Part shown: one piece after another, positions 12,965-24,800 of the stretch | Position numbering within the stretch: position 1 is the stretch's first letter | Layout of the letters: each line of letters opens with the position of its first letter | Assembly: GCA_047967505.1 (NCBI GenBank) | Contig: CM106538.1 | From: Dipteris shenzhenensis | Taxonomy: Eukaryota | Reading direction: 5' to 3' (one strand) | DNA: 64,000 bases | Program-made: the position numbers and the translations under genes | Notes under the pieces: generated by a model | Seen by the model: only the letters and a program-made list of their open reading frames with translations | The model's database searches: none | Told to the model about the DNA's origin: nothing

Positions 12965-13880
12965 TGTTAATCGCCTGTTTTCAAGCAAGGTCTCGTCAGC
13001 GATCCCTATAATTCCCTTGGCGATTGGAACGTGAGCAATGACACACCTTGCTACTGGAGTGGCGTCTCTTGGACCAATGTCCCAAAGAATGCTGTTCCAC
13101 GGGTTGTTAGTCTAGCCATCATCGGTAAAAAGCTCTCTGGTTCCATACCCTGTGCTTTTGGAGTGCTCGATTAGCTACGCTGCTTGAGCCTGCAGGGAAA
13201 CAGCATCAATGGAACTCTCTCGCCCGAGCTCTTCAACACGACGTCCCTTCGCACCATCTTGCTTGGAGGCAACCAAATAATGGGAGCTTTGCCTCCTCAG
13301 ATCAGTCGCCTGAGTAACTTGCAGACTTTTGATGTTTCTAGTAACAAGCTGCTCGGCGACATTCCTCAGTCTATCACAGGATGCCGCCAGCTGCAAACTC
13401 TCATTCTCGCCAACAATTTTTTCTCGGGGCCAATTCCGAATGGCATGGGCAAGAATCTCACTTCCCTAGAGCAACTCGACCTTTCAACCGATTCTTTCAT
13501 GTGCAATCCCAGACGATCTTGGGGGCCTTTCATCTTTATAGGGAGCACTCAATATGTCCTTCAACCACCTCTTTGGTCCGATTCCCTACAGTCTAGGGAA
13601 CCTTCCTTACATTGTGAGCCTCGATTTGAGTCACAACAATCTCAATGGTAAAATCCCACAAGATGGTTCATTAGCAGAACAAGGTCCAGGCCCTTTCCTC
13701 GGCAATCCAGAACTTTGTGGATTCCCCCTGACTACTGTATGTCCCCCCTCTCCATACGATTCTCCGCTTCCGAGCTTGCCCATGGAGGGGTCGTCACCGG
13801 CCTCAAAAGGGACTTCACAAACTCGGACTCACAATCCAGTCCTCCTCGATTCTGCCCCTGCCTCAAGACTCTCTGTGTGA
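12965..13880 (+). pseudogene. Captured LRR receptor-like kinase/protein ectodomain fragment
   Basis: LRRNT_2 cap FKQGLVSDP..SLGDWNVSNDTPCYWSGVS, plant LRRs (LxLxxNxxxGxIP) and C-cap FLGNPELCGFPL. Has a stop and a frameshift, and no TM or kinase domain. Confidence 0.9.
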
Positions 13881-14068
13881 GCTGTGGTGAGTAAAACTCT
13901 AAGACTCTGAGACTCCTCTCCAATTCTGCTAAATTGAAATAATTTTTTTGGAATGAATAGACAGTGAATGAGGGAAAGGCATCAATTGAAATGAGAGAAA
14001 AGGACTTGATTTTTCTGAAATGTAGATTTGAAAGTTAAAAGTGATAGTTTGAAACTACTAAATAATTC

Positions 14069-14793
14069 AAATTTTGAAATATAGCTCTTCCCACCATTGT
14101 TCCCTTTTGAATTTTGGATATATAGAGTGGCACTTATGCCATTCTCTCAAATATTAAATTTAAATTCAAATTCATATTGATATTTTTAATTTCAATTTGT
14201 ATTTCAAATTGAAATTATTCTTTTGAAATTATATTTCAAAACCTAAATTCTAGCTTTTAGATTTTGATTTCAAGCTAAATTTCAATCTCAATTTTGATTT
14301 TCATGATTGAATGGCAAATTTAGAGATTGAAATTCTAATTTTAAATGGAGAATGGCACCAGTGCCATTCTCCAAGACCTCATAAGAAGTCCTTGAGAGTG
14401 GCACTAGTGCCAATATCCCTTGAGATAAATAAAATTTTGAAATATAGCACTTCCCGCCATTGTTCCCTTTTGAATTTTGGATATATAGAGTGGCACTTAT
14501 GCCATTCTCTCCAATATTAAATTTAAATTCAATTTCATATTGATATTTTTAATTTCAATTTGTATTTCAAATTGAAATTATTCTGTTTGAAATTGTATTT
14601 CAAAACCGAAATTCTAGTTTTCAAATTTTGATTTCAAGTTAAACTTCAATCTCAATTTTGATTTTCATGATTGAATGGCAAATTTAGAGATTGAAATTCT
14701 AATTTTAAATGGATAATGGCACCAGTGCCATTCTCCAAGACCTCATAAGAAGTCCTTGAGAGTGGCACTAGTGCCAATATCCCTTGAGATAAA
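14069..14793 (+). repeat. ~360 bp AT-rich tandem duplication (2 copies)
   Basis: AAATTTTGAAATATAGC...CCCTTGAGATAAAT at ~14069-14430 and ~14432-14793, each with palindrome copies. Confidence 0.88.
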
Positions 14794-14982
14794 TTGAAAG
14801 ACTTGCAACACTAGTCAAGATTTATGTGTAAGATTTGGTACCAAAATAAAAAATATCAATGATACACTACCAATAAAATCAATGGAATGCCAATCTACAT
14901 GTTGAGTTTGTGCAGATTTCCACTGGGATCTACATAATGGAACTTAGATCCCCAAACTCACATGTGTATTGCAACCTGGCAC

Positions 14983-16246
14983 TGTTGACTCTGTGCCAAC
15001 ATGAACTTATGAAGAAAGAGAAGGTGATACAACTTTGTGATACAACTTTGTGTTACAACTTTGTGTTACAACTTCTAGACACAACTTTATGTTACGACTT
15101 TATGTAACAACTTTGTGTTACAAGTTTGTGTTACAACTTCTACATGAAGAGAGAGAATGTGTTACGACTTTGTGACACAACTTTGTGTTACAACTTTGTG
15201 TAACAACTTTGTGATACAACTTTGTGACACAACTTTGTGTTACAACTTTGTGTAACAACTTTGTGTTACAACTTCTACATGTAGAGAGAGAAAGTGATAC
15301 AACTTTGTGTTACGACGTTGTGACACAACTTTGTGTTACAACTTTGTGATACAACTTTGTGTTACAACTTTGTGATACGACTTTGTGTTACATGCAGAGA
15401 GAGAAGCTCTCCAACTTGTATAAATACCCCATAATGGAATGAAGCCCACACTCTTGGGGCATTGTGTTGAGTCTACATTGGTATTCCAAGCATTTGTCTC
15501 AAGTGTCCATGCTTCCTTGCACTGCACGTCCAAAAGCATGTCCTAACCTTGCAACCCTTCTCCCCTCTCCTCCAACCCTGCAACCCATCCTCTCCCTCTC
15601 CTCCTCCCTTCTCCCCCCTCCTCCTCCTCCTCCTCCTCCCTCCTCCTCCCTCCTCCTCCTCCTCCTCCTCCTCCCTCCTCCTCCTCCTCCTCTCTCCTCC
15701 GTCTCCCTCCTCCTCTTCCCTCCTCCTCCTTCCTCCTCTCTCTCTTACTTCACCCATGCTCTTACACCTTCTTCCTCTCCCACTCCTATGCTTTCCTAAA
15801 CCCTTAAACTCAATGATCTACGAGGGAGACGAGTTCTCCACCATGTATTTTACTCTGAACCTTGGATCCTCCTCCTAACCCTGAACTCCTTCTAAACCTT
15901 GGAACCTCCTTCTGAACCCTGGAACTCTTTCTAACCCTGAACTCTTTCTAAACCCTGGAACCTCCTTCTGAACCCTTAAACTCCTCCTAAACCCTACAAC
16001 CCCCAATGAAGGCGAAAGCCTTCATTACCCCAACAACAATGGTTTACGTGCCTTTTACACATGCTTGCATTATGTTTACTCACCACACTTAAGCCTACGT
16101 CTCTCACCGGAACACGACTCGAGGTCCTAAGCTACACATATACTACAACGACAATCCCAATATATCTGTAGGTGACAAAAAGCCTCGGAACACTGCAACA
16201 TAGAGAACCCAGCTCTTCCTACGGAAGCGGTAGGAAAGAGCCAACA
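14983..16246 (+). repeat. 5' LTR (1264 bp) with 13 bp TGTGTTACAACTT repeats, (CCT)n tract and CTAAACCCT-like repeats
   Basis: TGTTGACTCT...GAGCCAACA, matching 26191-27457. Confidence 0.97.
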
Positions 16247-16248
16247 TT

Positions 16249-16266
16249 TGGCGCCGTTGCCGGGGA
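16249..16266 (+). promoter_or_regulatory. PBS complementary to tRNA-Asp
   Basis: TGGCGCCGTTGCCGGGGA is the reverse complement of the plant tRNA-Asp 3' end and is typical of Athila. Confidence 0.9.
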
Positions 16267-16786
16267 GACTAGCGTCTCAAGTCGCGACGAGTAAACATGC
16301 GTAGGTAGGTATAAAAGCCACATGATGTACAATTAGGCTAGGTAGTAAACACGGTTGCGTAGAGCTTTCAATTACGATCATTTTACCTTTTTACAGAAAG
16401 GCAAACCGAGCTCTCCATAAAGAGTTATGGCTCGGGAAGAGTTTAGGGTTAAACCCTAAACCTAAACCCTAAACCTAAAATCCAAACCTATAAAAACCTA
16501 CTCCACCCCCCCTCATTCTTCATCTCACACTTTTTGCCTCCATTCTCTTCCTCCTTCCGAGCCCCACGCAAGACACTCCTCCCTCTCCATCGACCGCCCC
16601 CTTACTCCTATCCTCGCCATGTAAGTGACATCGAGCCCTTCTCGCAGCAATGACCTAGCCTTCCACCCACCGTCCATTGTTCCGCGACAATCCCGTTCTA
16701 TCGAGAAAGACTTGGAGAGCGTCAGGTAACCACTTCGCCTTGCTTTTCAAGTTCCGTCTTTCCGTTTTTTGTTGTTGCTCTTTTAT

Positions 16787-18136
16787 CCCTCCCCCTCCAC
16801 CACCACCTCCCCCTCTCCCCCTCCCCCTCTCCACCCCCTCTCCCCCTCCCCCTCTCCACCACCACCTCCCCCTCCCCCTCTCCACCACCACCTCCCCCTC
16901 TCCCCCCTCCACCACCATCTCCCCCTCTTCCCCCTCCCCCTCTCCACCACCACCTCCCCCTCCCCCTCTCCACCACCACCTCCCCCTCCCCCTCTTCACC
17001 TTTCCCCTCCCCCTCCCCCATCCCCCTCTCTCACCTTGCTCTCTCCCACCCCCTCTCTCTCTCACTCTCCCCCTCATTCCCGCCCCCACCCATTAATCTC
17101 TCTCTCCCCCTTACCCCCCTCGTCCCCCCATCCCCCTCAACCCCCCTCTCCCTCTCGTTCCCCCATCCCCCTCACCCCCCTCCCCCTCTCGTTCCCCCTT
17201 ACCCCCCTCACCCCCCTCCTCCTCTCGTTCCCCCATCCCCCTCACCCCCCTCTTCCTCTCGTTCCCCCATCCCCCCACCCCTTCTCTCTCTCTCACCCCC
17301 CTCTTCCTCTCGTTCCCCCACCCCCCATCCCCCTCAACCCCCCTCTCCCTCTCGTTCCCCCATCCCCCTCACCCCCCTCCCCCTCTCGTTCCCCCTTACC
17401 CCCCTCACCCCCCTCCTCCTCTCGTTCCCCCATCCCCCTCACCCCCCTCCCCCTCTCGTTCCCCCTTACCCCCCTCACCCCCCTCCTCCTCTCGTTCCCC
17501 CATCCCCCTCACCCCCCTCTTCCTCTCGTTCCCCCATCCCCCCACCCCTTCTCTCTCTCTCCCCCTTTCCCCCCTCGCCCCCCATCCCCCTCTCTCTCCC
17601 TCCCCCTTACCACCCACCCCACCCCACCCATCCCACCCACCCCCTCGTTCCCGCGGCGGCGCTCCGCAGAGTCGCCGCCGCCTCCCCCGCCCCGCCTCGC
17701 CCGCCGCCGCCGCGGCGCACACAGCGCCGCCCCCCGGCTACCCGCCCCGCCAGCGGCTGCGCCGCCAGCGGCGGCGCCCCCTCACCCGCCCGTCCTTCAC
17801 CCCTCTCCCCGCTCGCCGTCCTGCGGCGGCGCACCCAGCGCCACCGCCCCGCGGCGGCGCAGCCCCGCGCCCCCGCCCGCAAAATACCCCGCCCCGTCCC
17901 GCGCCCCTCCTCCCGCGCCGCCCCCGCCCCGCCCGCGGCGGCGCTCCGCAGAGACGCCGCCGCCCCGCGCCCCCACGCCCCGCCCCGCGCACTGCCTCGC
18001 CAGCCCCAACCCCTTACCCCCTCGCCACCCCTCGCCCCCTGCGCAACCCCCCCCTTTCCCCCCGCGCAAACCCCCCTCACCCCCCGCGCAAACCCCCCCT
18101 TTTCCCCCCGCGCCAACCCCCCCCCTCAGCACCTCC
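16787..18136. repeat. Extremely C-rich low-complexity/tandem tract in the 5' leader
   Basis: CCCCCT/CCACCA repeats, then GC-rich repeats, ending at an A-run. A variant occurs at 53087-54768. Confidence 0.9.
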
Positions 18137-18896
18137 AAAAAAAAAAATAATAATAATAAAATAAAAAAAAAATTTAAAAAAAAACCCTAACCTAAAACTA
18201 ACCTCAGGTTAGTTACTAACTACGGTTAGGTTAGTCGATTAACCCTAGGTTAGTTAGTCCTAACTACAGTTAGGTTAGGTTAGTTAGGTTAGGTTTAACT
18301 AGAGTTAGGTTAGCTTAGTTAACCTTAGGTTAGTTTAGTTAGCCCTCGGTTAGGTTAGTCAGTTAGTATCTAACTACAGTTAGTTAACCTCCCAGTTACA
18401 GTAACTGGGAGGATCTAGGTTAGTTTCCCTAACTAGAGCCACTTCGTTTCAACCCCTCGGTTGGCCTTAAAGTCCATTCACACCACCATTAGGACCCCCC
18501 AAACGCCAACTTTAGCCCTCCTTTAACCCCTCGAAACTCATCCGTTTGGGACCCAAATTGAACCCCGTTTGAACCCAGATTTCACACACGGAAACACCAC
18601 GTTACGGGGTATTTTTCCAGCCCATTGCACACCATTTCCGCATCCCTAGCACACGTTCGTTCGCCCCCCCGTGTGAGCCTCATTTTACATTTATTCACTC
18701 GTATTTTCACGCCGCGACCTCCGATTAACGATCCGTCTGCACCGGCACATTTCCCTACACACGTAGGACAATCCTAGGCACATTATTAACACGACGGTCC
18801 CTACACATATTAACATCACTCTAACTCTCCTAACGACACCACCTCCACGCCCGCCCTTGGGGTAGCGATCCCCTTGGCAAATCACGCACCATCTGC

Positions 18897-20672
18897 ATGC
18901 AGTTACGTTCCGGCCAACGACTTCGACTCCAACGCTCGCCCAATCCGCAAATTACTCCACTGCCACAACCGCCCCCGCCAATCCTCTACCCCGAATCCCC
19001 CCCTGAGGTTCACCAACTTCCTTTAACTCCTCCTCGCCCCAACATGGCTGGACGTCGTCCTGAGCATGATGGGGACATCGACCTCGATGCCGAGGCTGAC
19101 AACTTCTTCAATCGACGAAATCACAACAATCACGGCCGACGCCCCTTGGGAAAACTGGAACTTCCCAAATATAATGGTCGGGGAGACCCTGCTCGCTTCC
19201 TCCAACATTTTGATGCCGCATGTCGAGCAGGTGGTGATCAATCCCATGAAACTAAGGTGGCTTGGTTTCCAATGGCCTTAACTGATGAGGCGTCAGAATG
19301 GTACCTCGACCTTCTTGTGGAAGAACGTGCCACATGGGACCTACTTCAAACCGAATTCAAACGTCGCTTTCAAACGGAAAGGCTACAAGATGATCCCGCT
19401 CTCCAACTCAGCAAGATCGAACAAGGCCGGAGGGAAGATGTACGCACATACCTGGGAAAGATGAAGAGATTGATCGCCAAATGTGACCCACGCCCAGATG
19501 CAAAGCACCTCACGGCATGGTTCATAGCAGGTCTACGAAAGAAAATCCGCAAGGAGATGAAAAAGATAAGTAGCTATGAAACATTCAGTGCTGCTCATGC
19601 GGCAGCCATTGACATCGAAGATGGCATGACAGATTCAGACACTAGCAGTGATGATGCCAGGTCCAATACACGAGATAAGCGCTCGAAAAAAGGTAAATCA
19701 AAGGACATTGCCGAAACATCCAATGAAGATCGCCTCGAGGCCATGACCTTGAAGCTGAAAGAAGATATGATGCAGGCCATGGATCAAAAACTTCACTTGT
19801 CTCAGCCGCCAACTCAAACATACCCATGGCGAGAAAATGTCTGGTGCCCACACTGCTTGGCAAATCATACAGCAAATGAATGCCCAGTCCTAAGAGCAAG
19901 AATCAATGCACAAGCAAATCCACCGCCACGGTTGTGGTGCCATATCTGTGTCGTCGGCGGCCATGATGAGACCAGTTGCATCTTCAACATGCGCAACAAT
20001 CCGCCTCGACCACCACAATACCAAGCGGCACCCATGCCAGTATACAGGCAACCGGCACTTGCACAAGCGCCCCCAGCTCCGAGACTAAATCCTGTTCCCA
20101 TTCGGACACAAGTCCCCCAACTACTCAGGAATCCGAATCCACGACCGTATCCAAGAGCACCAAATCCAGCTCCTCCGGCAGTTCCCATACATCAATTACA
20201 AGCCGAGGAAGTAGACTCGCTATTTGAGTATGAAGCAGAGTACCCAGTGTACTATGTAGAAGGTGCAGAGGGTCTAATACCAGTCTATGCAAATCAAGTG
20301 CGACCCAACACATTTCGAGCACCAATCAAGTGTTACGGTTGTGGAGAAAATCATAGAATCGCAGAGTGCCCTCATCGCGGTAGCCCAGCTACTTTCCAAC
20401 CACTTTGCAGAGATTGTGGCATAGGACATGCCTGTATGGATTGTCCCATGAAAAATAAGATCCCAGAACAAACAGAGGTTAAGCCTGATGTCCCCATCGG
20501 CATCATTGGGGTGGACCATCAAAGTCTGGGTCCGGCAAGTCTAAGGTCACAACCTATCAATGTAATTACACGCCAACAGAAAGAGGCCACGAAGGACCCT
20601 ATCATTCCAATCCAACCGAAGCGACTTCTGAGAAAGAAAGCACAAGTGCCTCCTACCTCCGCCAAGCAATGA
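18897..20672 (+). CDS. gag: Gag of the Athila-like element
   Basis: 591 aa. LPKYNGRGDP...ASEWY...TW..L..EF Retrotrans_gag core and four CCHC-like knuckles. Confidence 0.92.
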   Translation: MQLRSGQRLRLQRSPNPQITPLPQPPPPILYPESPPEVHQLPLTPPRPNMAGRRPEHDGDIDLDAEADNFFNRRNHNNHGRRPLGKLELPKYNGRGDPARFLQHFDAACRAGGDQSHETKVAWFPMALTDEASEWYLDLLVEERATWDLLQTEFKRRFQTERLQDDPALQLSKIEQGRREDVRTYLGKMKRLIAKCDPRPDAKHLTAWFIAGLRKKIRKEMKKISSYETFSAAHAAAIDIEDGMTDSDTSSDDARSNTRDKRSKKGKSKDIAETSNEDRLEAMTLKLKEDMMQAMDQKLHLSQPPTQTYPWRENVWCPHCLANHTANECPVLRARINAQANPPPRLWCHICVVGGHDETSCIFNMRNNPPRPPQYQAAPMPVYRQPALAQAPPAPRLNPVPIRTQVPQLLRNPNPRPYPRAPNPAPPAVPIHQLQAEEVDSLFEYEAEYPVYYVEGAEGLIPVYANQVRPNTFRAPIKCYGCGENHRIAECPHRGSPATFQPLCRDCGIGHACMDCPMKNKIPEQTEVKPDVPIGIIGVDHQSLGPASLRSQPINVITRQQKEATKDPIIPIQPKRLLRKKAQVPPTSAKQ

Positions 20673-20739
20673 GCAGCCGAGTTCATCTACATCAACTCCC
20701 GAGCCTCGAATAAAAGAAGCTCCATTCCCGAATGCAGAG

Positions 20740-21867
20740 GTGGAGAAGGCTCGTTTTCAGGCACTTCAGCAATGGGTCCAAAATGAACAAGCTCAATTTG
20801 AGGCTCAGAAACAAGCTCAAGACCCACTCCATGACTTGGCCCCACAAAGTATTGATACTGTACTCGAGCCTTTGTTCCAACAACAGACTCCACAACAGAA
20901 TGTACCACCCCGTCAACTTGAAGGAGCTGCACTCTCTAGCATCCTGAGTTGCCCTGTGTCCATTCCCATCGGAATCCTCTTACGAGATTGTCCCAATCTC
21001 TGGGAGAGTTTCAAAGGATGGATTGAACTCGCAAATCCCTTTCCACCTATGAACGACATTGATGATATTCCTGTGCGGATGGGTGAGAAAGATGACATAC
21101 GCAACATCACTGTGCCTTTGATCCACAAGGCATATAATGAAATCCAAGCCATAGTGGATGGTGGCGCAGGTGTCAATGTCCTATCAAAGGAGCTTTACGA
21201 AGAATGGGGTCTCCCACCAATGCAAAAGGCTTATTTCAACATACGCCTTGCCGATGATTCACGGGCTAAACCCTTGGGAATAGTGAATGGTGTGTCCACA
21301 AAGATCGCAGGAGTCCGCTTTTCCCTTCAATTCACAATCTTGGATCTCCCCAAAAAATCCTATCAAATCTTACTGGGACGTCCTTGGTTACGGGAAGCAT
21401 CAGTCCTCCATGACTGGGGAACGGATAGATTGACAATCCAGAATCGAGACACTGCAGTCAGGGTGAATGTGGGGACAGGAGCTATTAAACCCATTGTTCC
21501 TAGAGCATTGGATGACACATCTTCCACGACAATTTCGAGCAAATCAGATCCCTTGCAACAGCATGCCATAGCAGGTGACTCACAAAGCAATGTCAATAAC
21601 TGGATACAAACATTGGCAACCATTGACAACTGCCATTCATTAGACCCCATCTTCTCACAGATAGATGTTAACACACTACAGGTTGATCCTCCACCGACAC
21701 ATGAAGAACCAATCGATCTAGAGATGCCTTTCTTTATGGCTGACTCGAATGGGATAATGAACCTGAAGAAGGTACCCATACCAATGATGACTCCGATTTT
21801 CCTTGGGACCTTGAAACAGAGGCTGCGAATGCTGCAATTGAAGATCAAATCTTTGATAATGACCTAG
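20740..21867 (+). CDS. Aspartic protease ORF in a different frame from gag and RT
   Basis: AIVDGGAGVNVL and ILLGRPWL motifs. Confidence 0.88.
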   Translation: MEKARFQALQQWVQNEQAQFEAQKQAQDPLHDLAPQSIDTVLEPLFQQQTPQQNVPPRQLEGAALSSILSCPVSIPIGILLRDCPNLWESFKGWIELANPFPPMNDIDDIPVRMGEKDDIRNITVPLIHKAYNEIQAIVDGGAGVNVLSKELYEEWGLPPMQKAYFNIRLADDSRAKPLGIVNGVSTKIAGVRFSLQFTILDLPKKSYQILLGRPWLREASVLHDWGTDRLTIQNRDTAVRVNVGTGAIKPIVPRALDDTSSTTISSKSDPLQQHAIAGDSQSNVNNWIQTLATIDNCHSLDPIFSQIDVNTLQVDPPPTHEEPIDLEMPFFMADSNGIMNLKKVPIPMMTPIFLGTLKQRLRMLQLKIKSLIMT

Positions 21868-21884
21868 CCATTCTGCATGCCCTA

Positions 21885-24800
21885 ATGGCAGTTGAGCTCC
21901 CAAAAGTTGAACCTCCACAGTTGCATAACAGCAGACGATCCCGCAAGAAAGCTGCAGGAGGAAATCGCAGAAGAGCCAAGGCCGAGCACTTCAATGAATT
22001 CGAACGAGTCCGAACACGGATTGTGGAATTGTATCTTGCAAAGGCAGTCCCCTCAAAGTCAAAACCACCACCTCTTGAATGGTCCCCTGAAGGACTGGAA
22101 GGAATATGTGCAGCACATGAACCCTTACTTGGAAACACCTTGCCAGTGGAAAAGTTACCCCACAGTTCCCAACGTAAGAAGTTTCGGAAATATAAGCCAC
22201 ATGTGCGGATGAAGCTTGATCCAGAGACTTCAGAAAAAGAAAGGAAAGAAGAGCCTAACAAATTACTTAATGCAACTATGCCACCCAGTACTCATGACAC
22301 ATCTCAGGCTAGTTCAACCCCATCAGAGGCCGATCTTCGAGAAGTGCCGGAATACTTTAAGAATTATACAAGTGGCAGTGCACCAATAGCAATGCCAAGA
22401 CCAATCAGAGAATCTGAAGTTCAAGAAACCGATAGCATTGGAGAAACTCCAATCTATGAGGGACCGGCAAAAACACGCACAATAAACCTCGCCCTTGAAG
22501 GGGAGGAAGAAAAGTTAGTTTTCATTGGGAAACAGCTCCGTCAAGAAGATGAAAGCAAACTCAAAGAACTCCTAATGGAATACCGTGACTGCCTTGCATG
22601 GTCATACAAAGAGATGAAAGGAATTTCACCAGAAGTGGCAGTTCACACGATCCCTATAAGGGAAGGTGCTCGCCCTAAGGTATGTGGACCTTATCGCACA
22701 AATCCTAAATATGGCACCATGGTTTATGACGAGCTGGAAAAACTCCTAGATGCCGGATTCATCTACGAGATAGAGCACACTGATTGGGTTTCACCCATTG
22801 TCATTGTGCCTAAACGCAACAAGAAGCTCAGAATATGCGTAAACTTGAAAAATGTGAATGCCGCCACAATTAGGGATCACTACCCCCTACCCTTAACAGA
22901 AACAGTGTTGGAAAAGGTGGCAGGATCCGAAATCTACAGCTTCTTGGATGGCTTCAGTGGCTATAACCAGGTACAAATTGCTCCTCAAGACCAATCAAAA
23001 ACAGCATTTGCTATAGAATGGGGTATTTTTGCATATAGAGTCATGCCATTCGGCCTTTGTAATGCCCCGGCCACATTCCAGCGAGTCATGTTCACAGCTT
23101 TCAAGTCATTCTTGAATAAGTTTTTACAGGTGTTCTTGGATGATTTGTGCATCCATTCAACCAAACAGGACCACTTCAAATGTCTGGAAGAAGTACTAAT
23201 CAAATGCAGGGAGTATGGCATCTCCCTAAATCCAACAAAATGCCAGTTCATGGTCACCCACGGAGTTGTTTTAGGACACATCGTCTCTCAACATGGGATT
23301 GCAACTGACATGGACAAAATCAAAATCATCATGGAATTGCCTCCTCCTACAAATTCCAAAGGTGTACAGGTCTTTATGGGACATGCCGGCTATTATAGAA
23401 GATTTATATTGCGGTATGCCATGATAGCTAGACCACTTTACAAATTATTAGTGGAGTTCTTATGGACCGAAGAGTGCGACCAAGCCTTTGAGCTTTTAAA
23501 GTGGTGCCTAATCACAGCACCCATCCTTCTATCTCCCAATTGGGATATTGATTTTCATGTTCATACTGATGGATCCAAGTATGCAATTGGGAGTGTGCTT
23601 TGTCAACCTGGTGAACATAAGAAAGACTACCCAGTTTACTTCGCCAATCGACAACTCAATGATGCAGAGATCAACTATACAACCACAGAAAGAGAAGCCC
23701 TAGCAATGGTGTACAGTGTAAAGAAATTTCGGCACTATCTCCTTGCAAATGATTTTGTCTTCTACACCGACCATCAAGCATTGCTTTATCTTGTGAACCG
23801 TCCGTGTACCACAGGAAGAATAACCAGATGGCTCCTCTTGCTACAAGAATTCAACTTCAAAATTGTGGTCCGCAAAGGTGCCCAACACTACATTGCCGAT
23901 CACATGTCTCGAGTAAAGACAGGAGAAGAAGCCACTGGAGTAGAAGATGACTTACCAGATGCCACACTATTTCAAATAGATGCTGTTCCAGAATGGTGTG
24001 GAGATATCATTGGGTACTTGATGGCAGGAAGACCACCCCCTGACATGAAAGCAGTAGATGCCAGAAAATTGATTCTAAAGGCTGCACCATATCAACTCAT
24101 TGCAGGACAACTATACAAGATGGGCAAGGACCAGATATTAAGAAGATGTGTAATGCCTCATGAGATCCTGCCAATCCTGAGTGAAGTCCATGAAGGCATT
24201 GCAGGAGGACACTTCCAAGGGGAAGCCACAGCAAGAAAAGTTCTCCTCGCAGGCTACTGGTGGCCAACACTGTGGGCAGATGCCTATGAATTTGTGAAAG
24301 GCTGTGATGTATGCCAACGAACTATTAAACCACAACACAAAGACTTCAATCCCCTAACAACAGTTGTTGCACAACAGCCATTTGAAAAATGGGGGATTGA
24401 TTATGTGGGTCCCATACATCCAGCAGCAAAAGGAACACAGGCACGCTACATCATTGTGGCCACTGATTACTTTACAAAATGGGCTGAAGCTAAGGCAGTC
24501 AGAAAGGCAGATGCCAAAAGCACAGCAAGATTCTTGTACGAACATGTGATCACCCGATTCGGATGCCCCATTGAAATTGTGTCGGATAGAGGCACACATT
24601 TTGTCAATGAGGTAATCCAAGAACTCTTGTCTGGCTTCATGGTCATTCATAGAAAAAGCACACCCTACTACCCCCAAGGGAATGGATTAGCAGAATCCAC
24701 AAACAAAATCATATGCAATATCCTCACCAAGGTAGTAGAACCGCAGCGTTCTGATTGGGCAGAGAAACTGAACGCAGCCTTATGGGCATACAGAACCACA

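Noticed and set aside
13184-13880. Functional LRR-RLK gene
   Set aside because: Upstream in-frame stop, a frameshift, and no TM or kinase domain.
16655-18190. Extensin-like Pro-rich or Gly-rich ORFs (also 52981-54786 and in the LTR CCT tracts)
   Set aside because: C-rich DNA lacks stop codons, and frame and sequence are not conserved between the two copies.
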